Source: an uncultured archaeon (GTDB lineage Archaea; Iainarchaeota; Iainarchaeia; Iainarchaeales; GCA-2688035). Taken from it: a stretch of 64,000 bases of DNA. The notes under the pieces were generated by a model. It was not told where the DNA came from, did no database searches, and was given only the letters and a program-made list of their open reading frames with translations. Every line of letters begins with the position of its first letter. Position 1 is the stretch's first letter. This document shows positions 1 through 9,140 of this stretch, piece after piece. The translations under genes and the position numbers were made by a program. The stretch covers positions 1 to 64,000 of the forward strand of contig CAYHBD010000030.1 in the NCBI GenBank assembly GCA_964354805.1, in the 5' to 3' direction.

Positions 1-189
1 CAAAATAGTGTGCTTTGGGAAATTCTCCTTAATTTTCCCGCAAATTATTTCATTGCTCTCTGCATCAACATCAGTAACAAAATCTTTAGGGCTCTTGGAC
101 TTCACATTAAGCTTTGTCCGAAGCCTGTTTAATTGCAATTCAGAAGCGCTCTTTGCAGCCGCTATCGCAACACGCAATTCCTTACTCAT
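1..189 (-). CDS. Inositol monophosphatase family protein (SuhB-like), N-terminal part, truncated by window edge
   Basis: Hand translation MSKELRVAIAAAKSA...KSPKDFVTDVDAESNEIICGKIKENFPKHTIL matches the IMPase DxVTxxD motif; ATG overlaps the gatA stop. Confidence 0.8.
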   Translation of the reverse strand, partial: MSKELRVAIAAAKSASELQLNRLRTKLNVKSKSPKDFVTDVDAESNEIICGKIKENFPKHTIL

Positions 190-1622
190 CCACATGCACT
201 CTCCAAAGCAAGAGCTGCCTCAATCATTTTTCTTTCCTGCAAATGGTCTGCTGTTAGCATCAAGCCAACCGGCATATTTCCTTGTTCTCCAACTGGAACG
301 CTTATGTGCGGCATTCCAGCGAGGTTTGCAGGAACAGTGCACAAGTCCATTGCATACTGCTGCAAGGGGCTAAGCTTGCTTATCTCTTCAAATGTCGGCG
401 CAATAATCGGCATTGTTGGATTTGCAAGAACATCCACTTTATGGAAAGCCTCTTTGAATTCTTTTATCAAGCGCGTTCTTGCCTTCATGGCACGCAGATA
501 ATACGCATCCCTGAAGCCTGCCATTCTGGCAAAGGTCCCTAGCAAAATTCTTCTCTTTGCCTCTTCACCGAATCCGCTGCTTCTCACTTTTGAAAAGTAT
601 TCGTTGAAATTTCCGGCAAGCTCTGCATGCAATCCGTACCTCATTCCACAGTATTTTGCCAGATTTGTGCTTGCCTCTGCTGTTGAAATAAGGTAATAAG
701 CAGCAATCCCATATTTCGCATTCAAGGGCAGGGAAATTTCTTCAAGCTTTGCTCCCTGCTGCTGCATTTTGCCAATCGCATTCATGCATTCTTTTTGAAC
801 AGCAGCATCGCAGCCTGAAAAAAACTCTTTTACTATTCCAATCTTTAGTTTTTCAGCTGCCTCGATTTTTGAATAATCCTCTTTTTCATTCGGAAGGGAA
901 GTGCTGTCGTGCGCATCATAGCCAGCAGTCACTTCAAGCAGCAAAGCAGCATCCTCAACTGTCTTTCCAATGCTGCCGATTTTGTCAAGCGAGTTAGCGT
1001 AATCAATCAAGCCATAGCGCGAAACCCTGCCATAAGTTGGGGTTATTCCAACAACTCCGCAGAAGCTGGCTGGACATGCAATGCTACCGCCTGTTGATTG
1101 CCCAAGGCTTGCATGCGTCAGCTTGGTTAATGCGGTGAAGCCGGCGCTTCCACCGCTGCTTCCCCCGCAGCATCTCTTGACATCAAGCGGGTTCATTGGA
1201 TGTTCAAAGCCAATGCCTGTATTTGTGCTGAATGTTCCAAATCCGAATTCGTCCTGCGCTGTTTTTCCAATAATTATTGCCCCCTCTGCTTTTGCTTTCT
1301 CAATAACCGTTGCATCAAAAAGTGGCATGTAACCTGAAAGTATTTTGCTGCCTGCCCTTGATTCAATTCCTTTAACACAGATGCAGTCTTTAACCGAAAC
1401 CGGAACACCAAGCAGCTTTCCCTTGTGCCTGCCTGTTCTTATTTCTGCCTCAATCTCTTTTGCCTGCTGCAGCGCCTCTTTTTTTGCGATAATGTTAAAG
1501 TAGTGGTGACTTGAATTTGATTGCTCCGCTTCTGCAATGATTTTTTTTGTGTGCTCTAGCACGCTGATGTTTCCCTTTTTCACTTCGGTAACAAACTGCC
1601 TGAGGGTTAATTGCTTTTGCAT
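186..1622 (-). CDS. gatA: Asp/Glu-tRNA amidotransferase subunit A
   Basis: Amidase signature GGSSGGSA, GQSTGGSI, PASFCGVVG, EASTNLAKYCG, RRILLGTF. Confidence 0.96.
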   Translation of the reverse strand: MQKQLTLRQFVTEVKKGNISVLEHTKKIIAEAEQSNSSHHYFNIIAKKEALQQAKEIEAEIRTGRHKGKLLGVPVSVKDCICVKGIESRAGSKILSGYMPLFDATVIEKAKAEGAIIIGKTAQDEFGFGTFSTNTGIGFEHPMNPLDVKRCCGGSSGGSAGFTALTKLTHASLGQSTGGSIACPASFCGVVGITPTYGRVSRYGLIDYANSLDKIGSIGKTVEDAALLLEVTAGYDAHDSTSLPNEKEDYSKIEAAEKLKIGIVKEFFSGCDAAVQKECMNAIGKMQQQGAKLEEISLPLNAKYGIAAYYLISTAEASTNLAKYCGMRYGLHAELAGNFNEYFSKVRSSGFGEEAKRRILLGTFARMAGFRDAYYLRAMKARTRLIKEFKEAFHKVDVLANPTMPIIAPTFEEISKLSPLQQYAMDLCTVPANLAGMPHISVPVGEQGNMPVGLMLTADHLQERKMIEAALALESACG

Positions 1623-1625
1623 TTT

Positions 1626-1928
1626 TCACACGACCTTCGGGCCCAAAAAATAGCCTTCCTTTTTGTTTTTTGTGTTCTGCAGCGCTTCCTTTTGGCTCAG
1701 GCATTTCCCTGTTTTGTCTTCCCTCATTACATTCACTAATTTGATTGGCTGGAAGCTTGGCTGCTCTTTGCTTACGTCAATCTCATCCAGCTTGCTGAAG
1801 GCAGCAAGGATTTCCTGCAGCTGGGGCAAAAATCGTTCAATCTCCTGCTCGGTTAAATTCAGCCTGGCGTTGGCTGCAACCCGCAGAAGAAGCTGTTTGT
1901 CAACCTGCTGTTTTTGCATAGTGCTCAC
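1626..1928 (-). CDS. gatC: Asp/Glu-tRNA amidotransferase subunit C
   Basis: VAANARLNLTEQE...VMRED...YFLGPKVV; adjacent to gatA. Confidence 0.93.
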   Translation of the reverse strand: MSTMQKQQVDKQLLLRVAANARLNLTEQEIERFLPQLQEILAAFSKLDEIDVSKEQPSFQPIKLVNVMREDKTGKCLSQKEALQNTKNKKEGYFLGPKVV

Positions 1929-2320
1929 TTCCCTAAAAATAAAATGTTTTCTTTTATTTTTTTGAAATCCGCATCAAATGTCATTAGAATGGCCTTCTGT
2001 TCAATTGCACTTCTGTAAATTATGGCGTCTATTGCATGCAACTGCTCTTCTACAGAGTCCTGCGCTGCTGCCTCAGCGATTCGCTCGTTTATCTCTATTA
2101 TTATGCTCCTGCTTTTTATAAATGAAAGGCTAGCCTGAATTTTTTGCAGTGGCTTTTTCTCTGCCAGCAATCTTCGCTTAATCTCGAAAAGAGAAATGAC
2201 AGAGGTAAAAAGCGTATTGTTGCCAGAATCAATGATGTGGGTAACATCAGGCTGTGCCCTAAGGAAATATTCCAGCCAAGCGCTTGAATCCATAAAAAAA
2301 CTAGAACCTGTCGCGTTCAT
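1925..2320 (-). CDS. vapC: PIN-domain VapC toxin
   Basis: FFMDSSAW, SLFEI, DAIIY, LMTFDADF PIN motifs. Confidence 0.88.
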   Translation of the reverse strand: MNATGSSFFMDSSAWLEYFLRAQPDVTHIIDSGNNTLFTSVISLFEIKRRLLAEKKPLQKIQASLSFIKSRSIIIEINERIAEAAAQDSVEEQLHAIDAIIYRSAIEQKAILMTFDADFKKIKENILFLGK

Positions 2321-2507
2321 CCCTTAACCCTTTTAAAATTTCATCGCTTGTATATTTTTTCTTTCCAGCCAGTGCACCAGCCATGCTTTTGAATCTTTTT
2401 TTTGAAAGCACCTGAATTACTTCATCGTATGTTTTGCTATTAGTTTCCTGCTTCAGCTGTTTTAGCAGTTTTAACGTTCCATCCTCAACCTGCACGGTAG
2501 TAACCAT
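2301..2507 (-). CDS. vapB: VapB-type antitoxin (RHH-like)
   Basis: MVTTVQV...LKQLK...TYDEVI; overlaps the PIN gene. Confidence 0.8.
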   Translation of the reverse strand: MVTTVQVEDGTLKLLKQLKQETNSKTYDEVIQVLSKKRFKSMAGALAGKKKYTSDEILKGLRDERDRF

Positions 2508-2517
2508 TCGCTATCAC

Positions 2518-2530
2518 CTATAGACTATAG
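2518..2530. promoter_or_regulatory. Putative VapBC autoregulatory operator
   Basis: CTATAG-A-CTATAG palindrome between the TATA-like element and the SD of the antitoxin. Confidence 0.4.
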
Positions 2531-2722
2531 AACAATAAGATATAAAAAACCTTGTGTCCCCGCCTTGCCCTCTCCAATTTTTTACGCTGCAAAGGGCATT
2601 TGCATAATAATCAGGGATATTGAAGAGTAAAAGGAATTTAAAGCAAATCGCGTTTGGCGAAAAAAACCCGGGGGTATTTATAAAAATGCTTTTGTTCTAC
2701 ATAAAAACAGGAGGGTTTTTTA

Positions 2723-2956
2723 ATGAAGGGAGTTTTAGTTGAAATAAAGAAGCAGACCTTGGCTTTGATGATAGCTGCCTTTGGATTTGTTGCAGCGCTT
2801 GTATGGAAAGATGCAATCTCTGCCTGGATGGCGCCTTTTATCGAAGGAGCCGAAGGCCCAATGAACCTAACAATAGCCGCCTTTGTGGTAACAGTGGTAG
2901 TGGTTATTGTCACAATCATCCTTGCAAAATTGCTTGGGTCAAAAGAAGAAAAATAA
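2723..2956 (+). CDS. Small two-helix membrane protein (DUF5654-like)
   Basis: AAFGFVAALVWKDAI motif, two hydrophobic segments, SD GGAGG and TATA upstream. Confidence 0.75.
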   Translation: MKGVLVEIKKQTLALMIAAFGFVAALVWKDAISAWMAPFIEGAEGPMNLTIAAFVVTVVVVIVTIILAKLLGSKEEK

Positions 2957-2962
2957 TAAAAT

Positions 2963-3002
2963 AGCAGGCGATTTCGAAAAAGCTGATTCGCCTGCTTTTT
3001 TT
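2963..3002 (+). terminator. Hairpin plus T-run terminator-like element
   Basis: AGCAGGCGA...TCGCCTGCT followed by a T tract right after the stop. Confidence 0.5.
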
Positions 3003-3056
3003 ATTCTTTTGCTAATTGTATGCCAAAACCCAGAAAAGCGGCTGCGGAAACATTAA

Positions 3057-3704
3057 TCAGGTGTTTAATTTTGCGTTTCCGTCGCCGTGAAAGTGCTGGT
3101 TGACTTTGTCCCAGAATAGCCATAACAAAATTTGGGGGGCTTCTGGTGGCGCGTTAGTGCGCTGCATTTTTTCAGCCCAGCTATCGAATGCGTTTTGCGA
3201 ACTGTTGTAAGCTTCGGTAACCGTGTTTCCTTTAAGTAGCGATTTGATGATTTGGTTTGATGCTGCAAGACAGGACTTTGCAAGTTCGTCCGTGATTGGA
3301 TTGGCGGTTTTTCGTGGGTCAAACGGGAATCCAAATAAATCCTTATATCCAATGAATGCTGTTGTTCCGCTATCAACGCAGTCTTTTCCAAGTTTTGCAG
3401 CTGAATTGCAGGAGCGACAATAAACAATTTTATCTTTGAGCAGTTCCTCGTTTTTTCCGCTTTCGATTAATGTTTCATTTCTATGCCCCATAACAGTTTC
3501 TTCCGAACCGTGACCGTTGAACATTACAAGGCGGGGGTTCTTTTTTCTTAAAAAATTTTCAACTTCGGCTGGGTTCGCTCTCTCCTTGTTCAAATCAAAA
3601 ACAGGGATTCCTTTTTCACCAGCCATTTTTATTAATTCTTTAGACCACTCTGCCAAATAGAACATTGTAGGATCATGCTCTGGCCTTGTTATAAGAAACT
3701 GCAT
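3057..3704 (-). CDS. Putative clan CD (caspase/CHAT/gingipain-fold) cysteine peptidase, catalytic domain only
   Basis: LVMFNGHG (His-Gly) and IVYCRSCNSA (Cys), each after a hydrophobic strand; AFIGY strand follows. Confidence 0.6.
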   Translation of the reverse strand: MQFLITRPEHDPTMFYLAEWSKELIKMAGEKGIPVFDLNKERANPAEVENFLRKKNPRLVMFNGHGSEETVMGHRNETLIESGKNEELLKDKIVYCRSCNSAAKLGKDCVDSGTTAFIGYKDLFGFPFDPRKTANPITDELAKSCLAASNQIIKSLLKGNTVTEAYNSSQNAFDSWAEKMQRTNAPPEAPQILLWLFWDKVNQHFHGDGNAKLNT

Positions 3705-3716
3705 GGGAAACCACGC

Positions 3717-3914
3717 TTATTTAGCGAAAGAACGCAGATAATTAAGATGCACCTCGATTATTTTTTCGCCAATGTCTGTGTCTTTTTTCACTTGTTCAAT
3801 CAGTTGTTCCCTGTCAAATGTTCCCATGCTGCCAAGAGAAACATTCATTGAAGACGGCATTGTCTGCAATCTGGCTATTACAAGTTTTTTTATTTCCTGT
3901 TGGCTTACTGGCAT
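3717..3914 (-). CDS. Small hypothetical protein, 65 aa
   Basis: G-rich SD upstream; middle gene of a tight three-gene unit. Confidence 0.75.
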   Translation of the reverse strand: MPVSQQEIKKLVIARLQTMPSSMNVSLGSMGTFDREQLIEQVKKDTDIGEKIIEVHLNYLRSFAK

Positions 3915-3925
3915 CTTAGTCCCCC

Positions 3926-4108
3926 TTAAATAATCTTTAGCTCTTCAAGTTTTTTTAATATTTCTTCCCCTGTTTTTGTTTTCCCGCCTATTTCCCTGTA
4001 TGCAACATTCCAAGTTATCGGCTCGTCATTTATCACTAAAATAATTTCCTTCCTTATATTCAAAGGCAGATTTGAATAAACAATCATAAACCGTTCAGCC
4101 AAACCCAT
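3926..4108 (-). CDS. Small hypothetical protein, 60 aa
   Basis: SD GGGTGG and TATA-like TTTATTTAAA upstream; first gene of the three-gene unit. Confidence 0.75.
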   Translation of the reverse strand: MGLAERFMIVYSNLPLNIRKEIILVINDEPITWNVAYREIGGKTKTGEEILKKLEELKII

Positions 4109-4170
4109 TTATGCCACCCAAAGCACAGGTATTAAGCTTCCTTTAAATAAATGCTTTTCGCTTTAGCTTT

Positions 4171-5478
4171 TTACGGCGTCAGCCTTTCAGTGTCTCTTGG
4201 GAGCAGGATGGCTTCCCTGATATTGTCAAGCTTAAGCAGCTGCTCAACCATTCTGTCAAGGCCAAGGCCAACACCGCCGTGCGGAGGGCAGCCGTACTTG
4301 AAAATGTTTGCATAGTCCCGCATTGCATCAAGGTCAACGCCCTTCTCCGCAGCCTGCTTTTTCAATACCTCATACCTGTGCTCCCTCTGCGAACCTGTTG
4401 CAATCTCAACACCGTTCCAGATCAAATCATAGCTCAGGGTAACGCTCTTGTCGTTTGCAGGCATCATGTGATAGAACGGCCTTTTCTTGGCGGGATATAA
4501 TGTAACGAACACAAACTCTTCCTTGAATTTCTCTTTCACTATTTCCCCAAGCTGCTTTTCCCCTTCGGCATCCAAATCATCTTCTGCAGGCAGCTTTTTT
4601 CCCTTTGCAGCAAGCAGCTTTTTTGCTTCCACCATTGTAATGCGAGGAATCTTTTTTGGAACCTTTACATCAATGCCCCACATTTGCAGCTCCTGCTTGC
4701 ACTCCTCATTCAATCTCTTGATAATGTATTTTATCATTTCCTCAATCTCGTCCATTACATCATCAGGCCCGGAAATAAAGCCCATTTCAAAATCAACGCC
4801 AGTAAATTCAGTGAGATGCCTTGTTGTATGGCTTTTCTCAGCCCTGAAAACAGGGCCTATTTCAAAAACCCTTTCAAAGCCTGCTGCAACCATCATCTGC
4901 TTGTAAATCTGCGGGCTCTGGCTCAAAAAGGCCTCTCTTTCAAAGTAAACAACAGGGAACAACTCGGCGCCTGATTCAACTCCAGCAACAGTCAGCTTAG
5001 GAGTCTGAATTATTGTAAAGCCCTCCTTGTCAAAGAACTCGGTGCAGAACTTGAACATCTTGCTCCTAATCTTAAAAATAGCCCTTCTCTTCTCAGGCCT
5101 CAAATCAAGGAACCTGTAATCCAGGCGCTTGCTCAAATCAGTCTCAATCTTCCCGCTCAAATCAATTGGAACAGGAGAAGCAGCCTTGCTCAAAAGCAGC
5201 AGCTTTTCCGGAACAACCTCAAAGCCGCCAGGGGCCTGCTTTGCTTCCTTTACCTCGCCCTCAACCTGAATAACGCTTTCCTTTGAAACATCATCTGCAA
5301 CGGCAAGAACATCCTTTGCAACGCTTTTCTTCGGCAGGGTAATCTGGACAATGCCAGCCTTGTCCCTCATCACAAAAAACTTGAGGCCGCCCAAATCCCT
5401 GATGTCACTAACCCAGCCGGCAACCAAAACCTTTTTGCCAGCGTGCTTTGGCACTTCGGTTGAATAAATGCGCTGCAT
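4171..5478 (-). CDS. aspS: Aspartyl-tRNA synthetase, archaeal type, probably non-discriminating
   Basis: QSPQIYKQ, FRAEKSHTTRHLTEF, PPHGGVGLGLDR; Pro in the APGG anticodon-binding loop; near gatCA. Confidence 0.95.
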   Translation of the reverse strand: MQRIYSTEVPKHAGKKVLVAGWVSDIRDLGGLKFFVMRDKAGIVQITLPKKSVAKDVLAVADDVSKESVIQVEGEVKEAKQAPGGFEVVPEKLLLLSKAASPVPIDLSGKIETDLSKRLDYRFLDLRPEKRRAIFKIRSKMFKFCTEFFDKEGFTIIQTPKLTVAGVESGAELFPVVYFEREAFLSQSPQIYKQMMVAAGFERVFEIGPVFRAEKSHTTRHLTEFTGVDFEMGFISGPDDVMDEIEEMIKYIIKRLNEECKQELQMWGIDVKVPKKIPRITMVEAKKLLAAKGKKLPAEDDLDAEGEKQLGEIVKEKFKEEFVFVTLYPAKKRPFYHMMPANDKSVTLSYDLIWNGVEIATGSQREHRYEVLKKQAAEKGVDLDAMRDYANIFKYGCPPHGGVGLGLDRMVEQLLKLDNIREAILLPRDTERLTP

Positions 5479-5486
5479 AAGAAACC

Positions 5487-6182
5487 CTATTTATTAAACC
5501 TACAATTTGTTTTAAAAAAGCATTCACTGCACAGGGGCTTTTTCCTGCAATAGCGCTTGCCGTGCTCAACCAAAAGCGCATGAAATTCATTGAACAGCTG
5601 CACATCCTTAAGCAGCTGCTCTTCAAAGAAAGCCTTCACTTCTACATAACCCATTCCTTGCTTTGCGTAAAACCGCTCTACAAAGCGCTTTGTGTAAGCG
5701 TCAACAACAAAAGAGGGCTTTTCCGCTGCGTAAAGGATTATGTCGTCAGCTGTTTCATTCCCGATTCCGTGCAGGGAAAGCAGTTCTGCCCTGAGTTCAG
5801 GCAGTGGCTTTGCAAAAAAATTCTCCAATCGCCCTTCATAATTTTTTTGAATGTATGAGCAGAATTTTTTCAGCCTGTCTGCTTTCTGGTTGAAGTAGCC
5901 GCTGCTGCGAACAAGCAGAGCAATTTTTTCCTTTCTTGCAGCAGCAATTTTTTTGCACGAAAGCATTTTTGCTTTGTTCAGGTTTTCCAATGCGTTCATA
6001 ACATTTTTCCAGCCAGTGTTCTGTGCGAGGATTGCACCTGTGCATATTTCAAAGCGCTGCTGTTCTGTGAGAGCACCCCTCTTTTTGTATGTTGGCTTTG
6101 TTTCTCCTCGCTCTGTTACCGGCCACCAGTGCTGTTCCCCGAATTCGGAAAGCATTTTTTGGTAAATTTGAATTGGTTGCAT
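5487..6182 (-). CDS. Endonuclease III-related HhH-GPD protein with Fe-S motif
   Basis: GAILAQNT, LHGIGNETADDI, VVDAYT, CRKKPLCSEC...C. Confidence 0.9.
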   Translation of the reverse strand: MQPIQIYQKMLSEFGEQHWWPVTERGETKPTYKKRGALTEQQRFEICTGAILAQNTGWKNVMNALENLNKAKMLSCKKIAAARKEKIALLVRSSGYFNQKADRLKKFCSYIQKNYEGRLENFFAKPLPELRAELLSLHGIGNETADDIILYAAEKPSFVVDAYTKRFVERFYAKQGMGYVEVKAFFEEQLLKDVQLFNEFHALLVEHGKRYCRKKPLCSECFFKTNCRFNK

Positions 6183-6250
6183 TTGAAAGAAGTTTTGTAT
6201 GAAATTGTTTTTAAGCAAACTCTGTCAGGGTTTTCTACCAACAAATTCTC

Positions 6251-7231
6251 TCAGGCGTATTCCACCAGCGTTTTCTGCTCGTGCATTCCAAGCGGCTTTG
6301 CAGCAATGCCCAAGCGCCTTTGCACATAGGAAGCGAATTCCTGCTCGAATCCGTGCATTGTAAGGACAAGGCGTGGCTTTGCTTCCTGCACGTACTGCAT
6401 TAATTGGCCGAAGTCGGCGTGGTCGCTTAACTGGAAAAGCCTGTCATAGCTGCTTTTGAATGTCCAGCCTGTTGCAATGGCTGAATTAACCTTTTTGTGC
6501 AGGCTCAAGCCGAGGAACTGCAGAAGGTGCCTGTCCAAAAGCGATGGCGGCATTATCAGGACATTACTCTCATTCAGATTGTGGTTCAGTTTAATGTAGT
6601 CGCCTAAGTTTACTCCAAGCTGTTTGTATGTTTCGTTGTTGAGGAAAACGCTTTCGTGCACCAAGGGAGCAATGCCTGCATACTTGTTCACAATTGCTGT
6701 CAGCTCCTGAGCTTTTCCAAGAGAATAACCAGCCAAAACAACAAAACCGTTTTTGCTGCTTTTACGCACCCAATCGCCAATTTCATTGTACACCTGCTCT
6801 CTTTCAGGGAAAGAATGGCATGGCAAGCCAAAAGTGCTTTCAATTACAAGAATATCGCAGGGCAGCACTTCAGCTTTCTTTTGGATCAGCGAATCCTGCA
6901 GCTTGAAGTCAGAGGTAACTGCAATTGTCTGGTTTCCCTCAACCAGAACCTGCGCGCTGCCAAGAATGTGCCCTGAATTGTGCAGGCTGATTGTTGTGCC
7001 GTCGATTGCAATCTTTTCATTAAAGCGCAGTGCAGTGCTCTTCTGCATATGGCTGAATCTGGTTTCGACTATTGCCTTTGTTTCTTCGCTGCAAATGAAA
7101 TTGCTTTCGTTGTTCAATGCAACATGGTCTGCATGCGCATGCGTAATAACGGCATTGCATTGCCTGCTTCCCCTTTCAGGGTCAATAGCAATCTTTTCAA
7201 CAAGAAGGCCTTTTTCCGAACAAATCTGCAT
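6251..7231 (-). CDS. MBL-fold/beta-CASP nuclease
   Basis: THAHADH, SGHILGS, ESTFG, LSDHADF, HG. Confidence 0.88.
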   Translation of the reverse strand: MQICSEKGLLVEKIAIDPERGSRQCNAVITHAHADHVALNNESNFICSEETKAIVETRFSHMQKSTALRFNEKIAIDGTTISLHNSGHILGSAQVLVEGNQTIAVTSDFKLQDSLIQKKAEVLPCDILVIESTFGLPCHSFPEREQVYNEIGDWVRKSSKNGFVVLAGYSLGKAQELTAIVNKYAGIAPLVHESVFLNNETYKQLGVNLGDYIKLNHNLNESNVLIMPPSLLDRHLLQFLGLSLHKKVNSAIATGWTFKSSYDRLFQLSDHADFGQLMQYVQEAKPRLVLTMHGFEQEFASYVQRRLGIAAKPLGMHEQKTLVEYA

Positions 7232-7404
7232 GCAGTAATAATATGCAGGCGGGGAATAAAAAGCTTGGGGGAACTATTAAAATCTGATTTGACACCAGGG
7301 AAATAAAAAGTGTGGGCTATAAAAATCTTCTTTGGCCCCTGAAAAGAAAAAGCCTGAGGCGAAACTATTAAATCCTGCTTTGACTTAATTATACTGTTTT
7401 CTTT

Positions 7405-8523
7405 ATGCCTGCAGAGCATGCCGTAATGCAGATTGCCGGGAAGATTAATGAATTGCACAGCAATTTAAGCCGGCAGAACTGGGGCAGCGCAAGCAGGAGC
7501 TCCTTTTTGGCTTCCTTGCAGAAAAGCGTTGATGCCCTGGATGATTTGTATTTTCTTTTCAGCGAGGCGATTGCCGAAATTGAAAAAGAGCACGCTGTTG
7601 GCAAGCCTGACCTGCAGCCTTTTTTGGGTGAAATGCAGAAGCTGCTTGAATCACTGCACAGAAACCTGCAGATGGAGAAAGAAAAGAAAAGCGTGGCAAA
7701 AACGGTGAATGTCCTTGAGAAAGAGGAAACGCCTGAATTGTACTCTGACCTGCAGCAGAAAATCCTTGCAATGCTTTTAAAGTCGCGCTATTCGCTTGAA
7801 AGAATCAGCGTTTTCCTCAGAAGGCAGGGAATCGAAATTGTCACTGACAAAAGCACTGCAAAGCAGGTAATTGAAGTGCTGCAGAGGAAAGAGGATGAAC
7901 TGCAGGATTTAAGGGGGAAATACGAGGCAATAAGAAAAAAGAGTTATATGGGTTACTTTGAGGAAGACACTGTAGCTGACATGGAGCATGAATTGATTGA
8001 ATTGGGCAAAAAACTTTTTTTGAACGCGGACGATGTTGGAAAAACCATGAATTTGCACAGGAGCAGGCTGGAGCAGGCTGAAAGCAGCTATGCTGAACTG
8101 CTGCAAAAGCTTGACGGCATGCAACAGGCTTTTTCGCTTCACACCCAAAAATCAGGGGATTTGGTCAGGGCACTGAAAAAGGAAAGGGACTACGCGAAAA
8201 AAATCGTTCTTGACATAGAGAACGAAACACTGCAATTAAGGAACACTTACAGCAGGGAAATGCTGAACCTGCAGGAATCAAAACTTGCTGCAAAAAAAGA
8301 GGCAGAGCAGCACTTTTCAGGAGAAATAAAAAAGCTGCAGAAACAGCTGTCAGAAGAACATGACCTGCTGCAGCACTTCAAAAAAGTTGCGGAAGACAAG
8401 CTGAACAAAGAGCAGGCGCTTGAAGAAAAAATAAAGCAATTGACCATGCTTCTCAAAACAAAGGAAAAGCACGAGGCAGTGAAAAAGCATTACAGGGAAG
8501 CGAGGAAAAGGAAGAATAAATAA
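7405..8523 (+). CDS. Long coiled-coil hypothetical protein
   Basis: 372-aa E/K/Q/L-rich heptad pattern. Confidence 0.75.
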   Translation: MPAEHAVMQIAGKINELHSNLSRQNWGSASRSSFLASLQKSVDALDDLYFLFSEAIAEIEKEHAVGKPDLQPFLGEMQKLLESLHRNLQMEKEKKSVAKTVNVLEKEETPELYSDLQQKILAMLLKSRYSLERISVFLRRQGIEIVTDKSTAKQVIEVLQRKEDELQDLRGKYEAIRKKSYMGYFEEDTVADMEHELIELGKKLFLNADDVGKTMNLHRSRLEQAESSYAELLQKLDGMQQAFSLHTQKSGDLVRALKKERDYAKKIVLDIENETLQLRNTYSREMLNLQESKLAAKKEAEQHFSGEIKKLQKQLSEEHDLLQHFKKVAEDKLNKEQALEEKIKQLTMLLKTKEKHEAVKKHYREARKRKNK

Positions 8524-8525
8524 AA

Positions 8526-9140
8526 CTACTCAGCCATTCTTGCAATTATCTGTGTTGGCTCGAAATCGGGATCTTTCTCCCTTTTACTTTTTCTTAAATA
8601 CTCTTCCCCATACCAACTTGAAACTTTGTCTTCAGGCACTTTACTCACACTTGTTACCACAAAATCACTTTCTTCTAATATCGTTTTCCATCTTTTCATA
8701 GCAAGTTTAGGCGTTTGTAACCTAATTCTTCCATTGGGTACAAGAACTTGTTTGACTAATTTCAAAATTTTTCTTGCTTCTGTATTTGCTATTTCAATAT
8801 TAGCGTAATGAGCTTCAGGGAATAAAAATTGTTTTCCCAAGTTTGCGAAAAAATATTCTGCATTTATCACTTTCACTTTTCTTTCTTCTGCAATCAACTT
8901 TCTTAGAAAGGTTTCAGCCTGCCCTTTTTTTCCATAAACCAGCATAGCCCCTGGCACTTTTCGCCTAACTCTTATTCCTTTTCTCTGATGCCAGGCCGCT
9001 CTACTGCTACTGTCTATACCAATAACTTTTCTCCCTATCTTAGGCAATAATGCATTTAGTCTTCCAGCAGACCCTGCTCCAAGCTCTAATAAGGAAATTG
9101 GTTTCTTTCCTCTTTTAATCATATCAGATTTCCCTCTCAT
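8526..9140 (-). CDS. Class I SAM-dependent methyltransferase-like protein
   Basis: LLELGAGS motif I, VIGID, LVPNGRI; AT-richer than neighbours. Confidence 0.6.
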   Translation of the reverse strand: MRGKSDMIKRGKKPISLLELGAGSAGRLNALLPKIGRKVIGIDSSSRAAWHQRKGIRVRRKVPGAMLVYGKKGQAETFLRKLIAEERKVKVINAEYFFANLGKQFLFPEAHYANIEIANTEARKILKLVKQVLVPNGRIRLQTPKLAMKRWKTILEESDFVVTSVSKVPEDKVSSWYGEEYLRKSKREKDPDFEPTQIIARMAE

